A stretch of 64,000 bases of DNA, from NCBI GenBank assembly GCA_020184695.1, contig JAANOX010000002.1:186001-250000 (forward strand). The letters are read 5' to 3'. The notes below the pieces were generated by a model. The model saw nothing but the letters and a program-made list of their open reading frames with translations, ran no database searches and was not told where the DNA came from. The translations under genes and the position numbers were made by a program. This DNA comes from Histomonas meleagridis 2922-C6/04-290x (Eukaryota; Protista; Parabasalia). Positions 43,921 to 54,430 of this stretch are shown here, piece after piece; the first letter of the stretch is position 1; each line of letters starts with the position of its first letter.

Positions 43921-45363
43921 CTATTCTTTATTATGTAAAATATCAAATATTTGAGTTACTGAAGGGTCATTAATGAATTTATTGGCCTCTGCTTGAATAT
44001 CTTCGTTCTCAGCGGATTCTGCCATTTCGTTTATCGTATCAAATATTCCATTTTCCTCCATCTTCATCATAATTTCTTCGTTACCATGGTAAACAGCGAA
44101 AGAAGCAATTACAAGAAACATACCAATCAGTTTACAGCATAGAGTTTGGTTTGGCGATTGAAGAAAAGCAGATGCATCTTCAATGAAATTATTATCTACC
44201 AATTTTACAACAACATCGTTTTGATGAGATAAAAGCAGTGGTTGGAAAGCCATTAAAGCTGCTTCTTTACCTTCATAGTTTTCAGTACAAAAACAGATGC
44301 ATGCAAAATCAATTGCATCAGAACCACCATCTAATTCTACCAGCGAAGGCCTAATCTCAAAAAGCTTTAAAACCAATTTAAATAATGCTTTCTTGACAAT
44401 TTTATTGTCAACTTCGAAAATTGGTAAAACAAATTCCCACGAAAAAGTGCCAAAAATTAAATCGAAAATTTCGAAATCGTTTGTAGACAAAAAGAAGCAA
44501 AAAAGCAAAATTAATGATTCTTGAGATGAGCTGTCACTATCGGCGATTGTAGAAAAAAGCACAGGAATATTAATTATTTGGAAAAAATATCGATAAAAAT
44601 CAGCACCAAGAGAACAAAATGCATGAGCAACAATACACAGCTCATCATGGTAAGCAGCGCTTGTTGACTCTGGAATGGTTTTAAGTATTTCACCAACAAT
44701 TCCGATATCATTCAAATTATATTCTAAAGTTTCTTCACTAAATAGAAGAAAAATGATTCTTAATATATAGCTTTTTGATATGGGATTGGATTCTATCATA
44801 AAACATTTAGTTAAAGCTTCGTAAAATTGAAATTCGTTTAAAAGAGAAACTATTTCGGAGAAATTGCATAAAAGTAAAATAAGAGCTTTAAACGAATATT
44901 CCCTGAATTGAATATCTGTGCGACTATCAACGGCAAAATAGAAAAGAGAAAATAAAATATCTTGTGATTGCCATTGTTGAGGTAAAGAACCATATTTAAT
45001 TATCCAAGTACGAATGATCTTTGCAATGTATGATAATATGTATATCTTTTTTTCCGTGTGGAAAAGTTCAAAAATAACATTTGGAATATCATTCTGAATT
45101 AAAATTTCAATGTCGTTTTTTGATGACTCCTTAAGGAATGAATGAAAAGAAAATAATATCTGTTCCTTAATTTTGTCATCAAATTGTAAAATCGCAAGAA
45201 TCTGCGGAATAATAATTTCAACAGGAACTGTGACTTGTTCATTCGTTTTTTTTTCTTTTTCTTCTTCGGTTGCCAAGGAAAACATGTTTTTTTTATATCT
45301 TTTGAGAGGTAAGATTTTGTACCCAATGTTCATATTTTCTCTCCCAACAAGAAAAAGTGACAT
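43921..45363 (-). CDS. ARM/HEAT-repeat alpha-helical protein
   Basis: 480-aa Leu/Ile-rich helical ORF with an importin-alpha-like tail (GIFDTINEMAESAENEDIQAEA); start codon uncertain. Confidence 0.55.
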   Translation of the reverse strand: MSLFLVGRENMNIGYKILPLKRYKKNMFSLATEEEKEKKTNEQVTVPVEIIIPQILAILQFDDKIKEQILFSFHSFLKESSKNDIEILIQNDIPNVIFELFHTEKKIYILSYIAKIIRTWIIKYGSLPQQWQSQDILFSLFYFAVDSRTDIQFREYSFKALILLLCNFSEIVSLLNEFQFYEALTKCFMIESNPISKSYILRIIFLLFSEETLEYNLNDIGIVGEILKTIPESTSAAYHDELCIVAHAFCSLGADFYRYFFQIINIPVLFSTIADSDSSSQESLILLFCFFLSTNDFEIFDLIFGTFSWEFVLPIFEVDNKIVKKALFKLVLKLFEIRPSLVELDGGSDAIDFACICFCTENYEGKEAALMAFQPLLLSHQNDVVVKLVDNNFIEDASAFLQSPNQTLCCKLIGMFLVIASFAVYHGNEEIMMKMEENGIFDTINEMAESAENEDIQAEANKFINDPSVTQIFDILHNKE

Positions 45364-45789
45364 AAATTAACGTTCTTTTGTACCTAACGTGCATTTGCAC
45401 TAATGACCATTTAAGATCCAGGATATCATATGATTTTTAATAGTTGAAGGGTTTTGATTTGGAATTCCAAAATAAATAATGCAGTTGTTATTTGATTCAT
45501 TCTTTCACATAGGACATTTAAAAAAATATAAATAGTTATTTTACTACATGAAATTACCCTTTTTCCGATCAAAAATCAAACAAATCGGGAAATACGATAC
45601 ATTCAAGTCCTTACAAATTTTGATCGTTCATTTTTGATTTTCCAAAAAAAGTGAAATTTAGAACTTAACGAAAAAAAATTTAAAATTTGTTTGCATTTCT
45701 GGAAATATTCAAACAAAAGCTAATTAAATTCTGTGTGTAACTTTATAAACTATATTGTTCATTGAGTTGAAGTGGATCATTTGTTTTCT

Positions 45790-46022
45790 TCCTCTATGTC
45801 GAGGTTTTCAAAAAAATCATTACATTTAACAAAAGCTTTTTATGATATCATTTGTAGGTTCGAAAGCAGTAATCATTCCATGTGCTATAAGTGCAAATAA
45901 AATTGACGTTCAAGAACGTGCTGTTAAAAGTGAAGAAGGAAAAGCACTTGCAGAACAAAGTTGAAGTTGAATCTAAAGTTTCAAAACGCAATAATAAAAA
46001 AGAAGTATGCAATATTTACTGA
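45790..46022 (+). pseudogene. Ras-like GTPase remnant
   Basis: IPCAISANKIDVQERAVKSEEGKALAEQS* (NKxD at 45896-45907), then after a +1 shift VESKVSKRNNKKEVCNIY* (CaaX-like end). Confidence 0.65.
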
Positions 46023-46819
46023 AATTTTCATCATAAAAATTACTTGTTGCTCTACGAAATGCTTTTATTTTAAGTCATTTTACTCGAGTAAAATGGTTAT
46101 GTCATCAATTTAATTTAATGTAGAAAATAAATGGAAATGTATATCATTACTAAAATCAAAATTAATACTAATTATTATCTATAATATTTAAGTGATATTA
46201 ATATAAGAATTTAAAATTACCGCTTTTATGAATGTAAGTTAGAAAATCGTCATTGATACTAATAAATGATGTTTCTTTTGTTTTATATGATAATAATTAA
46301 TTTAATATTTTAATAATAAATTTTATTACATATTGAAATTGATAAAATCCAAGAGCAAAATGAACCAAATACCCAAAAATTCCATGGAAAATTATATATA
46401 TTGAACTTATTATGAGTCAGATACAATTCTGATAGTATATTTTCAAATCTATTTTAAAATACATCAGAGTTATTTAGTACTTTTATAATAATTTGATTGT
46501 AAATTTTATATTTTTTACATGAAATTAAGATATCGTACCAATCACATAACTAAAGCCATTTAATTTATATTAATTTAGATAAATCATAAGATATGATTAA
46601 ATTACATCTATGAGAACCAACAATTTAAAACCAAGAAAATCTATGTAAATTGAAAGAAAAAAATGCTAAAGATTAGAGAATTTTAAAAAATTAGATATAA
46701 TTTAAATTGATTTAACATTATTTTGTTATTGTTATATAATACTATTTTTTTTTTTATAATGCACTTATCATCGATTTTCTTACGAACTAAATAATATAAT
46801 TGCTGCGAGTTTGTCCTTT

Positions 46820-47029
46820 TCAAAAGATATAAATATAAATTATTTGACATATGATAAGTTTAAATGGAAACGGAAATTGATGATTTTCAAATACTAATAT
46901 TGATTCAACTGCTTTTGGAATATTATTTTCATTCATTTCAAAAATAAGCTTTTTTATTTGTTGTAATACTTCTATAGTATCCTTAGTTTTTCCTTTGGTT
47001 TGTACTTCGTGCGAAATATTTCCTCCCAA
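46820..47029 (-). pseudogene. 5' fragment of the DUF3447/ankyrin family
   Basis: EVLQQIKKLIFEMNENNIPKAVESI...FKLIICQIIY aligns with the N-termini of genes A, B and C; ends after 69 codons. Confidence 0.6.
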
Positions 47030-47510
47030 TGAAAAAAATTATAATGAACGATTACTAATAACAATTTGAGTTCATATGAAATTCTTTTTAAAGTATGAAA
47101 AATCATCTTCATTATTCATTCTATTCTGACTAAACAAAATCTGACTCAATTTTTTAACTGATTCATATAAAAAGTAACAAAACAACATTATTATTAGAAG
47201 AAAATATAGTGATACATTATAAAATGTGTAATCATTTACATGTCACAAAAAAATTTTTTTCGGCTGTTATATGTAGTGGATAATTTTGAATAGTATTACA
47301 CAAACAGTAAGTTAAAATTTTAATTTTCATTTTGAAAAATAAATTCATTAACATGTTATCAGTTTACGTGTAACGGATTTGTGAATGTTTTAATCGTACA
47401 TATTGTTTTCATGGGTTACATCGTTCTTAACAAAATTTGAATATAAACTCAGGGTAACCCACAATGTCGGTTTGATTGGCTATTGAAAAAGTCAAATCGT
47501 TTACAAAGCA

Positions 47511-48635
47511 ATGCCTGAAGTTTCATTTCTCAGGAAGGTAGTTATTCTAACAATCTTCTTTACATGCGGAGCATTTAGTGCTCTTCTTACAAACCTTATT
47601 TATAGCACTTCAACATACGGATTCCATCATGTCAACAAAAAATTTGAAAAACCATGGTTCCAAGGATGGGCCATGTTTCTTGGTATGACTCTTCTTATCT
47701 TTGACACACGCTTTATCCGAGGATGTAAATGTCCATCATATGTCATAGGTGGTACAGTTCGAGGATGGGGTCTGTTTCGTGTTGTTTCCATTCCTGCTTT
47801 ATGTGATCTTTTTGCCACAGTTCTTCAAAACATTGCCTTCCTTTATCTTACTCCATCCATTTGGCAAATGATGCGTGGTTCAATTTTACTTTTCACGGCT
47901 CTTTTTGCCATCTTCTACCGCCACAAGAAGTTATCATGGGTTGATTGGTTTGGTGTTGTTACCACAATTGTAGGTATTACAATTGTTGGTCTTAGTTCCA
48001 TTCTCTCCGAAACTAAAGCCGTTGAATCCTCCACTGGGATGAAGCTCTTAGCCATGCTTTTGATTGTCATTGCGCAAGCACTTCAAGCCTTCCAAACCAT
48101 TGTTGAAGAAGAATTGCTTCACGATGTCGATGCCACGGAAAGTGAAGTTGTCTCATATGAAGGTATTTGGGGTCTTTTCTTCAGCACATTCATCACCATG
48201 CCCATTGCTAACATATTACCTGAAAGTGTCAGTGGCATTTATGAGAATTCACTTGAGAGTTTCTACATGTTATCCCATTCATGGCAACTTGTTTTGCTTA
48301 CCATTGCATATGTTGTTGTTATTGTTGGGTATAACTGGTCCGGAATGATTGTTACGTCATTCTCATCTGCTATTCATAGGAATATCTATGAGGCACTTCG
48401 TTCGATAGCTGTTTGGGCATTGTCTGTGATTGTGTACTATTTGTTCCCGAATAGCGGCGCTGGCGAAAAGCTCAAGTTGATGTCGTTGGTGCAGTTGTTG
48501 GGATTCGCGATATCGATACTTGGATCATTCATTTATAATCGGGTGCTCAAGTTCCCATGTTATAATTATGAGGCCGACGAAGCGATGAATCAGCAAACAA
48601 ATGATAATAATGGTGAATACACTAAAATTAATTGA
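47511..48635 (+). CDS. SLC35F6-like DMT-superfamily transporter
   Basis: About 10 TM helices; KPWFQGWAMFLGM, PALCDLFAT, SIWQMMRGS, IVEEELL, VSYEGIWG. Confidence 0.85.
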   Translation: MPEVSFLRKVVILTIFFTCGAFSALLTNLIYSTSTYGFHHVNKKFEKPWFQGWAMFLGMTLLIFDTRFIRGCKCPSYVIGGTVRGWGLFRVVSIPALCDLFATVLQNIAFLYLTPSIWQMMRGSILLFTALFAIFYRHKKLSWVDWFGVVTTIVGITIVGLSSILSETKAVESSTGMKLLAMLLIVIAQALQAFQTIVEEELLHDVDATESEVVSYEGIWGLFFSTFITMPIANILPESVSGIYENSLESFYMLSHSWQLVLLTIAYVVVIVGYNWSGMIVTSFSSAIHRNIYEALRSIAVWALSVIVYYLFPNSGAGEKLKLMSLVQLLGFAISILGSFIYNRVLKFPCYNYEADEAMNQQTNDNNGEYTKIN

Positions 48636-48803
48636 AAATGAATAAAATAAACACTTTGAAATGTGATTTAGTTTCTCTGCTTGAATAAATATATTAAAAT
48701 TTATATTTGTTTGTCTTTTTGATATAGAAGTGCGATTTGAAATCAAAGATTAGCTATATTTCCAATATAAATTAGAACATTTATTCTGAAAAAAATCATT
48801 GAT

Positions 48804-49330
48804 TTATGATATCAAACATATCTCTTGGGGTTTTGTCACCATTTCTGGAACATCTTCTTTATGTTTAATCTCTTGTGGAATGTCCTGCGGATATTTGTTT
48901 TTGATCATCATTTTCAATAATGTTTCAAATGCTTCTTGGGCCCCTTCCCCAGATTCTTATCAACAACCCTTCTATTTCAGACAAAGTTACATCATGTTCA
49001 AGATCACTTTTATTTGCACATACAACAAATGGAACATTCTTTAAATCGGGTCTCACTTATCTAATTTTTTAATTACATTGTTTAGACCTATAAAGGAATA
49101 TTTATCATCAAATGATCCTACAATTAAATACCCATCAGCTGTCGTCAAATTTGAAATAGGTGAGAAATTAAATTTTTCAAATCAAAATGTTGTATTCTTT
49201 TCGAATAAAGAGCTTATACATCTCCAACATCCGTTATGTGTGGGTATACTTTCTTTAAGAAAGAAATCGTCCAAAGATCAGCTAATGCCGTAATACAAAA
49301 AGATTTTTGTCTTCCATTTCCTCATTTTGA
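48804..49330 (-). pseudogene. Ras-like GTPase remnant
   Basis: Minus-strand pieces ADGYLIVGSFDDKYSF, VPFVVCANKSDLE (NKSD at 49014-49003), SGEGAQEAFETLLK...EICLIS* (CaaX), separated by stops and frameshifts. Confidence 0.65.
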
Positions 49331-49404
49331 ACTCACTCAAATTTGAATCATTAACCGAAATGGCAAAATATTCACATCAAACAACGATAAAACTCACAAA
49401 AAAT

Positions 49405-50877
49405 TTATGCATCAACAGATGCTTTGCAAAAGGGGCATCGATGCGTCTTCAAAATGGACTTCAAACAGTTCTGATGTAGCATATGTCCACATGGAAGTAC
49501 TGAATAAACATATTCATCGCCAAACTCAAGTCTTCTGCTGCAGTACGCACAACACTTCTGTTCAATGTACTCTGCGGGCGTAAGCGAACGCGAATTGAAT
49601 ACCATAACGCCGGGCGATTGCTGTCTGCTGCGCTGCTGTGCGTTATCAGTTTCTCTGTTACTTCTTTGGTTTGGATTTACATTACCATTTTGCGTCTGCT
49701 GATAACTGTTATAGTTTTGTTGGGTACTTCTTTGATTTGTATTTGTATTTGCGTATTGGGAATGCTGATTGTAACTAAAGTTTCTGCTTGTATTCACATG
49801 CGGCTGCTGGAAATCGTTTCTGCCATTTGGTGATTGGCTACTTCTGTAGTTAGTGTTTGCGCTGTTGTACTGCGACTGCTGATAATTGTTGTAACTTCTG
49901 TTGTTTGGATTTGCATTGGAATATTGCGATTGTTGGTAATTGTTATAGTTTTGTTGTCCGCTTCTTTGGTTTGGATTTGTGTTTTGTTGATTGTAACGAA
50001 AGTCTTGCGATTGGTAATTTCTATTTGCGTTTGAATGTGGTTGTTGGAAATTGTCCTGCGATTGATATTGACGACCATTTCTGTTGTTTTGCGATTGGTG
50101 GAATTGATTGTTTCGATTGTTTTGTGCTTGTTGATAATTGTTATTTCGATTTTGCGATTGTTGGAAATTATTCCTGTTGCTTTGGGTTTGTTGGTAATTG
50201 TTGTTTCTGCTTTGAGATTGCTGATAATTGTTTCGATTGTTTTGTGCTTGTTGATAAATATTCTGATTAGTGTAATTTTGATTATTTTGATAATGGCTCC
50301 GATTCGGTGGCGGAGGTGAAGGTGGAGGTGGGCGATACTGTTGTTGTTGCTGCCGCTGGTTTCTGTTAGTTTGTTGTTGCGGTTGTGGATTTGAATTCGG
50401 ACGAGGCGGAGGATTATTTTGATTTGTTGATTGACTTGAGGAACCAGCAGGACGGAATTCTGTTCTACATATTGGACATGAATGCTTTTGACTTAACCAG
50501 GGTATTAAACATTCTTTATGAAAAATATGCCCACATGGTAAAGTCGTGTATTCAACATTAAATTCAAATGGCTCTAAACAAATTACACATTCCATTTTTT
50601 CTACATATTCAGATGGAGTGATTTTACGAGTACTTAGTTTTTCTTCTGGTTTTAACTTTTCTTTAAGATCAGGATTTGATTCGGCCATTCGTCTTGAGCG
50701 TTCACTAGGCCCTCTTTGTTCAGCAGTAGCCCAGTTAAAGATTGGTGAAAGATTTTCCCAAAAATTGTCTTCATCAATATCAGGAGCATTATGATGATAA
50801 TTAAAATCTGATTGTATCCCATCAAAGATCCTTACGAATGGATCAAAGATTTCCGAGAAGATATTCATTGTTTGCAA
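49405..50877 (-). CDS. Double RING-finger protein with long N/Q-rich linker
   Basis: CVICLE...LPCGHIFHKECL...CPICR and CAYC...LPCGHMLHQNCL...CPFCK flank about 270 aa of N/Q/S/Y/R low complexity. Confidence 0.85.
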   Translation of the reverse strand: MQTMNIFSEIFDPFVRIFDGIQSDFNYHHNAPDIDEDNFWENLSPIFNWATAEQRGPSERSRRMAESNPDLKEKLKPEEKLSTRKITPSEYVEKMECVICLEPFEFNVEYTTLPCGHIFHKECLIPWLSQKHSCPICRTEFRPAGSSSQSTNQNNPPPRPNSNPQPQQQTNRNQRQQQQQYRPPPPSPPPPNRSHYQNNQNYTNQNIYQQAQNNRNNYQQSQSRNNNYQQTQSNRNNFQQSQNRNNNYQQAQNNRNNQFHQSQNNRNGRQYQSQDNFQQPHSNANRNYQSQDFRYNQQNTNPNQRSGQQNYNNYQQSQYSNANPNNRSYNNYQQSQYNSANTNYRSSQSPNGRNDFQQPHVNTSRNFSYNQHSQYANTNTNQRSTQQNYNSYQQTQNGNVNPNQRSNRETDNAQQRSRQQSPGVMVFNSRSLTPAEYIEQKCCAYCSRRLEFGDEYVYSVLPCGHMLHQNCLKSILKTHRCPFCKASVDA

Positions 50878-50984
50878 GTAATTGGCAAATTTTTTTTACG
50901 ATTAAAATGCTTTTAAAAACCATAATTAGACACTGATTACTAATGTTTATGCATAAATAATAATGAATTATTGTATGAATGAAA

Positions 50985-51057
50985 GGGACTCTAGCTCACC
51001 TGGGAGAGCACACGACTGAAGATCGTGAGGTACGTGGTTCGAGTCCGCGGAGTCCCA
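50985..51057 (+). tRNA. tRNA-Phe (GAA)
   Basis: GGGACTC/GAGTCCC acceptor stem, anticodon arm CACGA-CTGAAGA-TCGTG (GAA at 51018-51020), GGTTCGAGTCC T-arm, 73 nt, followed by a T-run. Confidence 0.96.
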
Positions 51058-51452
51058 TTTTTTACCCTTTTTCCTCCTCTGTTAAACAGTTTGCAGCTCT
51101 TCTATATTTTTTTATTTTCTCTCGAACATGAATATACATTATGAAAAACTGTCTACTTTCATACAACTCCGATGAATTTCTTGGAATAAAATATACCTTG
51201 ATTCTCGCATCAGAAGGTTTGCTACCGAAAATACAGAAGATTTGAACTTTTACAATTGTACCAATTGGAATTTAGTAAAAACGATATATTCTTCAAAAAG
51301 GCATTGTAAGTGAAATACAATGATATTCTTTCATATTTATTCATTGACCTTGGTAGACTGCTGTGAAAAACTTGTAGACCGACAACAAAATTTTCGATAA
51401 ATCATAAAATTTGATATCGTTCATTAGTCAATCGAAATCTTACAAGCATGTA

Positions 51453-51604
51453 ATACTTTTTATAGCTGAAAAAAGCTTCTGCGAGTGACACTCTTCTCGA
51501 TGCAAACAGTTTTTCACTGCAGTTTCTGTACATATCCATATACTTTTTATAGCTGAAAAAAGCTTCTGCGAATGACACTCTTCTTGATGCAAACAGTTTT
51601 TCAC
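51453..51604. repeat. Two 65-bp direct repeats, period 87 bp
   Basis: 51453-51517 and 51540-51604, 2 mismatches, 22-bp unique middle. Confidence 0.9.
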
Positions 51605-51638
51605 ATATTTATTTCAATAAATTTCTTTATTTATTAAA

Positions 51639-54020
51639 TCACATCGGCCTAATTCCCAAGCCCATTTTCCTTTGCATTCTTTCGATTGCCGTAAACTTAC
51701 CCTGATCGTAAATAGTTTCTGCTATCTTCAGCTCGTTATTCATTACTTCTTGAGTTGCGTCCACTTCTGCTATTTCTCTATCCTCATCTTCCTTCGATAT
51801 TTCTGTGACTTCAGCGTTATTTGTCACTCTATTAAACCTTGCGACAGCCAAATTCTTTTGTGACAACATTTCGGTGAATGTTTCCTTCGTTCCATGTAAT
51901 CTTTCGAACTGTTCATACTTCTCCCAAAACTCTTTACACTTCTCAGGGTCAGCGAATTGGCTTCCATGTATATATATGAATCTTGCTCTTTCATATTCAG
52001 TCAATTTCGTTTCAAGTGCTGCATATCTTTCACTCCATTTTGCTGCTCTTAAATCAGTGAATTTATGAATTGCATATTCATAAATTTCTCTTGATTTAGC
52101 AACGCCATATAATTTACACGCAGAAGTTATCCATGTGTTAAACATATCTTCTTCATTCTTATCATCGATTTGGTTTATAGCTCTTCGATATATTTCCATT
52201 GCATGTCGAATAAGTCCATAATCTTCTTCGAATTTAGCATATAATATATATAATGGAAATGATTCCTTCTTAGGCGCATCTTTTAATGCATCTTCAAATA
52301 AATCCCGAGTTAATTCCCGACGTGTACCTTTGTAACGTGATATGAATTTATATAAATAACGTAACCATAAGTTACCACATGTCGGCCAACCAGATGATGA
52401 TATACCACGTTCAAAGACTCGAAACATTTCTTCGTAATGATTATTCTCTTCAAGGAATTGTGCATATGCTAATATATGTCTTTGTGTTGCTGAACGACTC
52501 TTTAAACATTTCTCAAATAACTCTTTGATACTTGATTCTGATCCTAAATTCCATTCGACGTCGATTGCAAATGACCATAAATTCGATGATCCAATTGCTC
52601 CGTCAATTCGATTATCATTTATAGCATTTAATAATATTTCACGTGAATGAGTTTCTTTTTGATTAAGTAATTCTAATTCCGCATAATATTGATAAATGCC
52701 AACAATATCTGACTTCAATAATGATTCATCTTGTAATGAATATTCTAATACTATATATGGATCATCTAAAAGTTTCGATAAGTTAATCCATAAGTCACAA
52801 TATCGACCATCAAATGCTTTACGTGGTTCAACTGTTTCGATTGCTTCTTCCATTATTTTGATTTGTCCTAATTGTTCTGATAATTGTTCAACTTGTTCCC
52901 ATAACTTATGACGTGTTTTGGGCTCATATTCATATGGATGATCTAAATATAATGTAGTTCGTTCGACCCATAATGATATGTTGTTCTTATCATGACGAAT
53001 AAGTGTAGCATTAAGTAATATCGGTCGTCGTGCTAATAAATCTTCAAGTTTCGCATAAAACATTTGCATACTTTTGCTATGTAATGGGATATTATATAAT
53101 AATTGTGATGCACCTTCAAAGACATTAGCAAAATCATGTGCTGTAGTGGTACTATTTAATGCATCTTCAAAGGTTTGAATGGCATCTGCAAATCGACCTA
53201 ATCGTGCATAATGTTCTCCAATTAATACCCAAACATTACCTGTTTCAATGATAAAATCTTTGCAGCCATCACGTAATAATTTCTCAGCATTAGGAACAGT
53301 GGGATCTGAACCAATAACACTCGCTAATTGTTCCCACCAATAAAATTTGGGACGATTATTAAGCGATCGAAAGTTTGGATCGTTCAATAGTTGTGTTAAA
53401 AAATAGGCCGCACTTTTGGTGGCCTTTTCTGATATAAAATACTCACATGCATCTTCAATATGTTCGGGATGGAGCTGTAGAAATCGTCGATATGCATCAT
53501 CGGCTGTAGATATAGAATGTAAATTTCGAACTATTGGAAGATAACATTCCCAAAGTCGATCATGTTGTGTAATTGGAAGTGATTGAAGTGCACGATTCAT
53601 TGTACGCCTTAAAAGTGTGACTTGATGTTGTTTTCCAAGAAATGTTAAATAATCGAGCCAAAGTCGTGGACAGGTCCAAAGATTAAGTAGGGCTCTTTCA
53701 TAAACACCATTGGCTTTGCGCATGGATTCTTCATGATCTGAAAGAAATTGAAGTGAATATGAAGAACGTGTATCACAATAATCAATCCAAATCTTATAAG
53801 AACGTGGGAAATCAGCTACTGCTCTCTCATAGAAAATCCAAAGCTTTTGAGTACTATCAAGTAATTCTTCAATGCTACAATTACCGTTCATGTTAAGATA
53901 CATTTGTTTTTTAATGTCAATATATTGAAGCCATATACGAATAAAGCTTGTCCTCCTTTCACCAAGTGAATTTTGTATGAGTTCTTGTTCATATGAAACA
54001 TCTGTCACTTGGATTTCCAT
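51639..54020 (-). CDS. SYF1: Pre-mRNA splicing factor SYF1/XAB2 (HAT repeats)
   Basis: ERAVADFPRSYKIW, ERAL...CPRLWLDYL, LRRTMNRALQSLPITQHDRLW, LYAKFEEDYGLIRHAM, ERARFIYIHGSQFADP. Confidence 0.93.
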   Translation of the reverse strand: MEIQVTDVSYEQELIQNSLGERRTSFIRIWLQYIDIKKQMYLNMNGNCSIEELLDSTQKLWIFYERAVADFPRSYKIWIDYCDTRSSYSLQFLSDHEESMRKANGVYERALLNLWTCPRLWLDYLTFLGKQHQVTLLRRTMNRALQSLPITQHDRLWECYLPIVRNLHSISTADDAYRRFLQLHPEHIEDACEYFISEKATKSAAYFLTQLLNDPNFRSLNNRPKFYWWEQLASVIGSDPTVPNAEKLLRDGCKDFIIETGNVWVLIGEHYARLGRFADAIQTFEDALNSTTTAHDFANVFEGASQLLYNIPLHSKSMQMFYAKLEDLLARRPILLNATLIRHDKNNISLWVERTTLYLDHPYEYEPKTRHKLWEQVEQLSEQLGQIKIMEEAIETVEPRKAFDGRYCDLWINLSKLLDDPYIVLEYSLQDESLLKSDIVGIYQYYAELELLNQKETHSREILLNAINDNRIDGAIGSSNLWSFAIDVEWNLGSESSIKELFEKCLKSRSATQRHILAYAQFLEENNHYEEMFRVFERGISSSGWPTCGNLWLRYLYKFISRYKGTRRELTRDLFEDALKDAPKKESFPLYILYAKFEEDYGLIRHAMEIYRRAINQIDDKNEEDMFNTWITSACKLYGVAKSREIYEYAIHKFTDLRAAKWSERYAALETKLTEYERARFIYIHGSQFADPEKCKEFWEKYEQFERLHGTKETFTEMLSQKNLAVARFNRVTNNAEVTEISKEDEDREIAEVDATQEVMNNELKIAETIYDQGKFTAIERMQRKMGLGIRPM

Positions 54021-54430
54021 TTTTTTGTAATTTTTTCCCGTTCAAACAGACTTTCTTAAATATTTGGTGATCAAAAATCACCTAAAAAGTCAAATGACAA
54101 AATATGGGTAATTTTGATCGTTAAACAAAAAATTCAGTCAATTTTTTCCGTTATTATATCATCCAAAAGATGGCAATCTTTAATGAAGAAGGAGAAGAAA
54201 GAAGTGGTAAACTTAGTTTATGGCTTTACTTCATGGTTTGTTTTAGCTTAATTGATTATTGTAAGTCAATAATGATTTGTTTTTTTACTCTTGAATTTAA
54301 TTTTTAGTTGGAAAGATATAAATGCCTAAATGTTTTGATTTTTTTCAAAACAAAAACTGCCAGATTTTGGAAAACGAACTTTTTCTATGTTAATATAGAC
54401 TCTTTATCTACAAGTTCACAAGTAAAGTTG

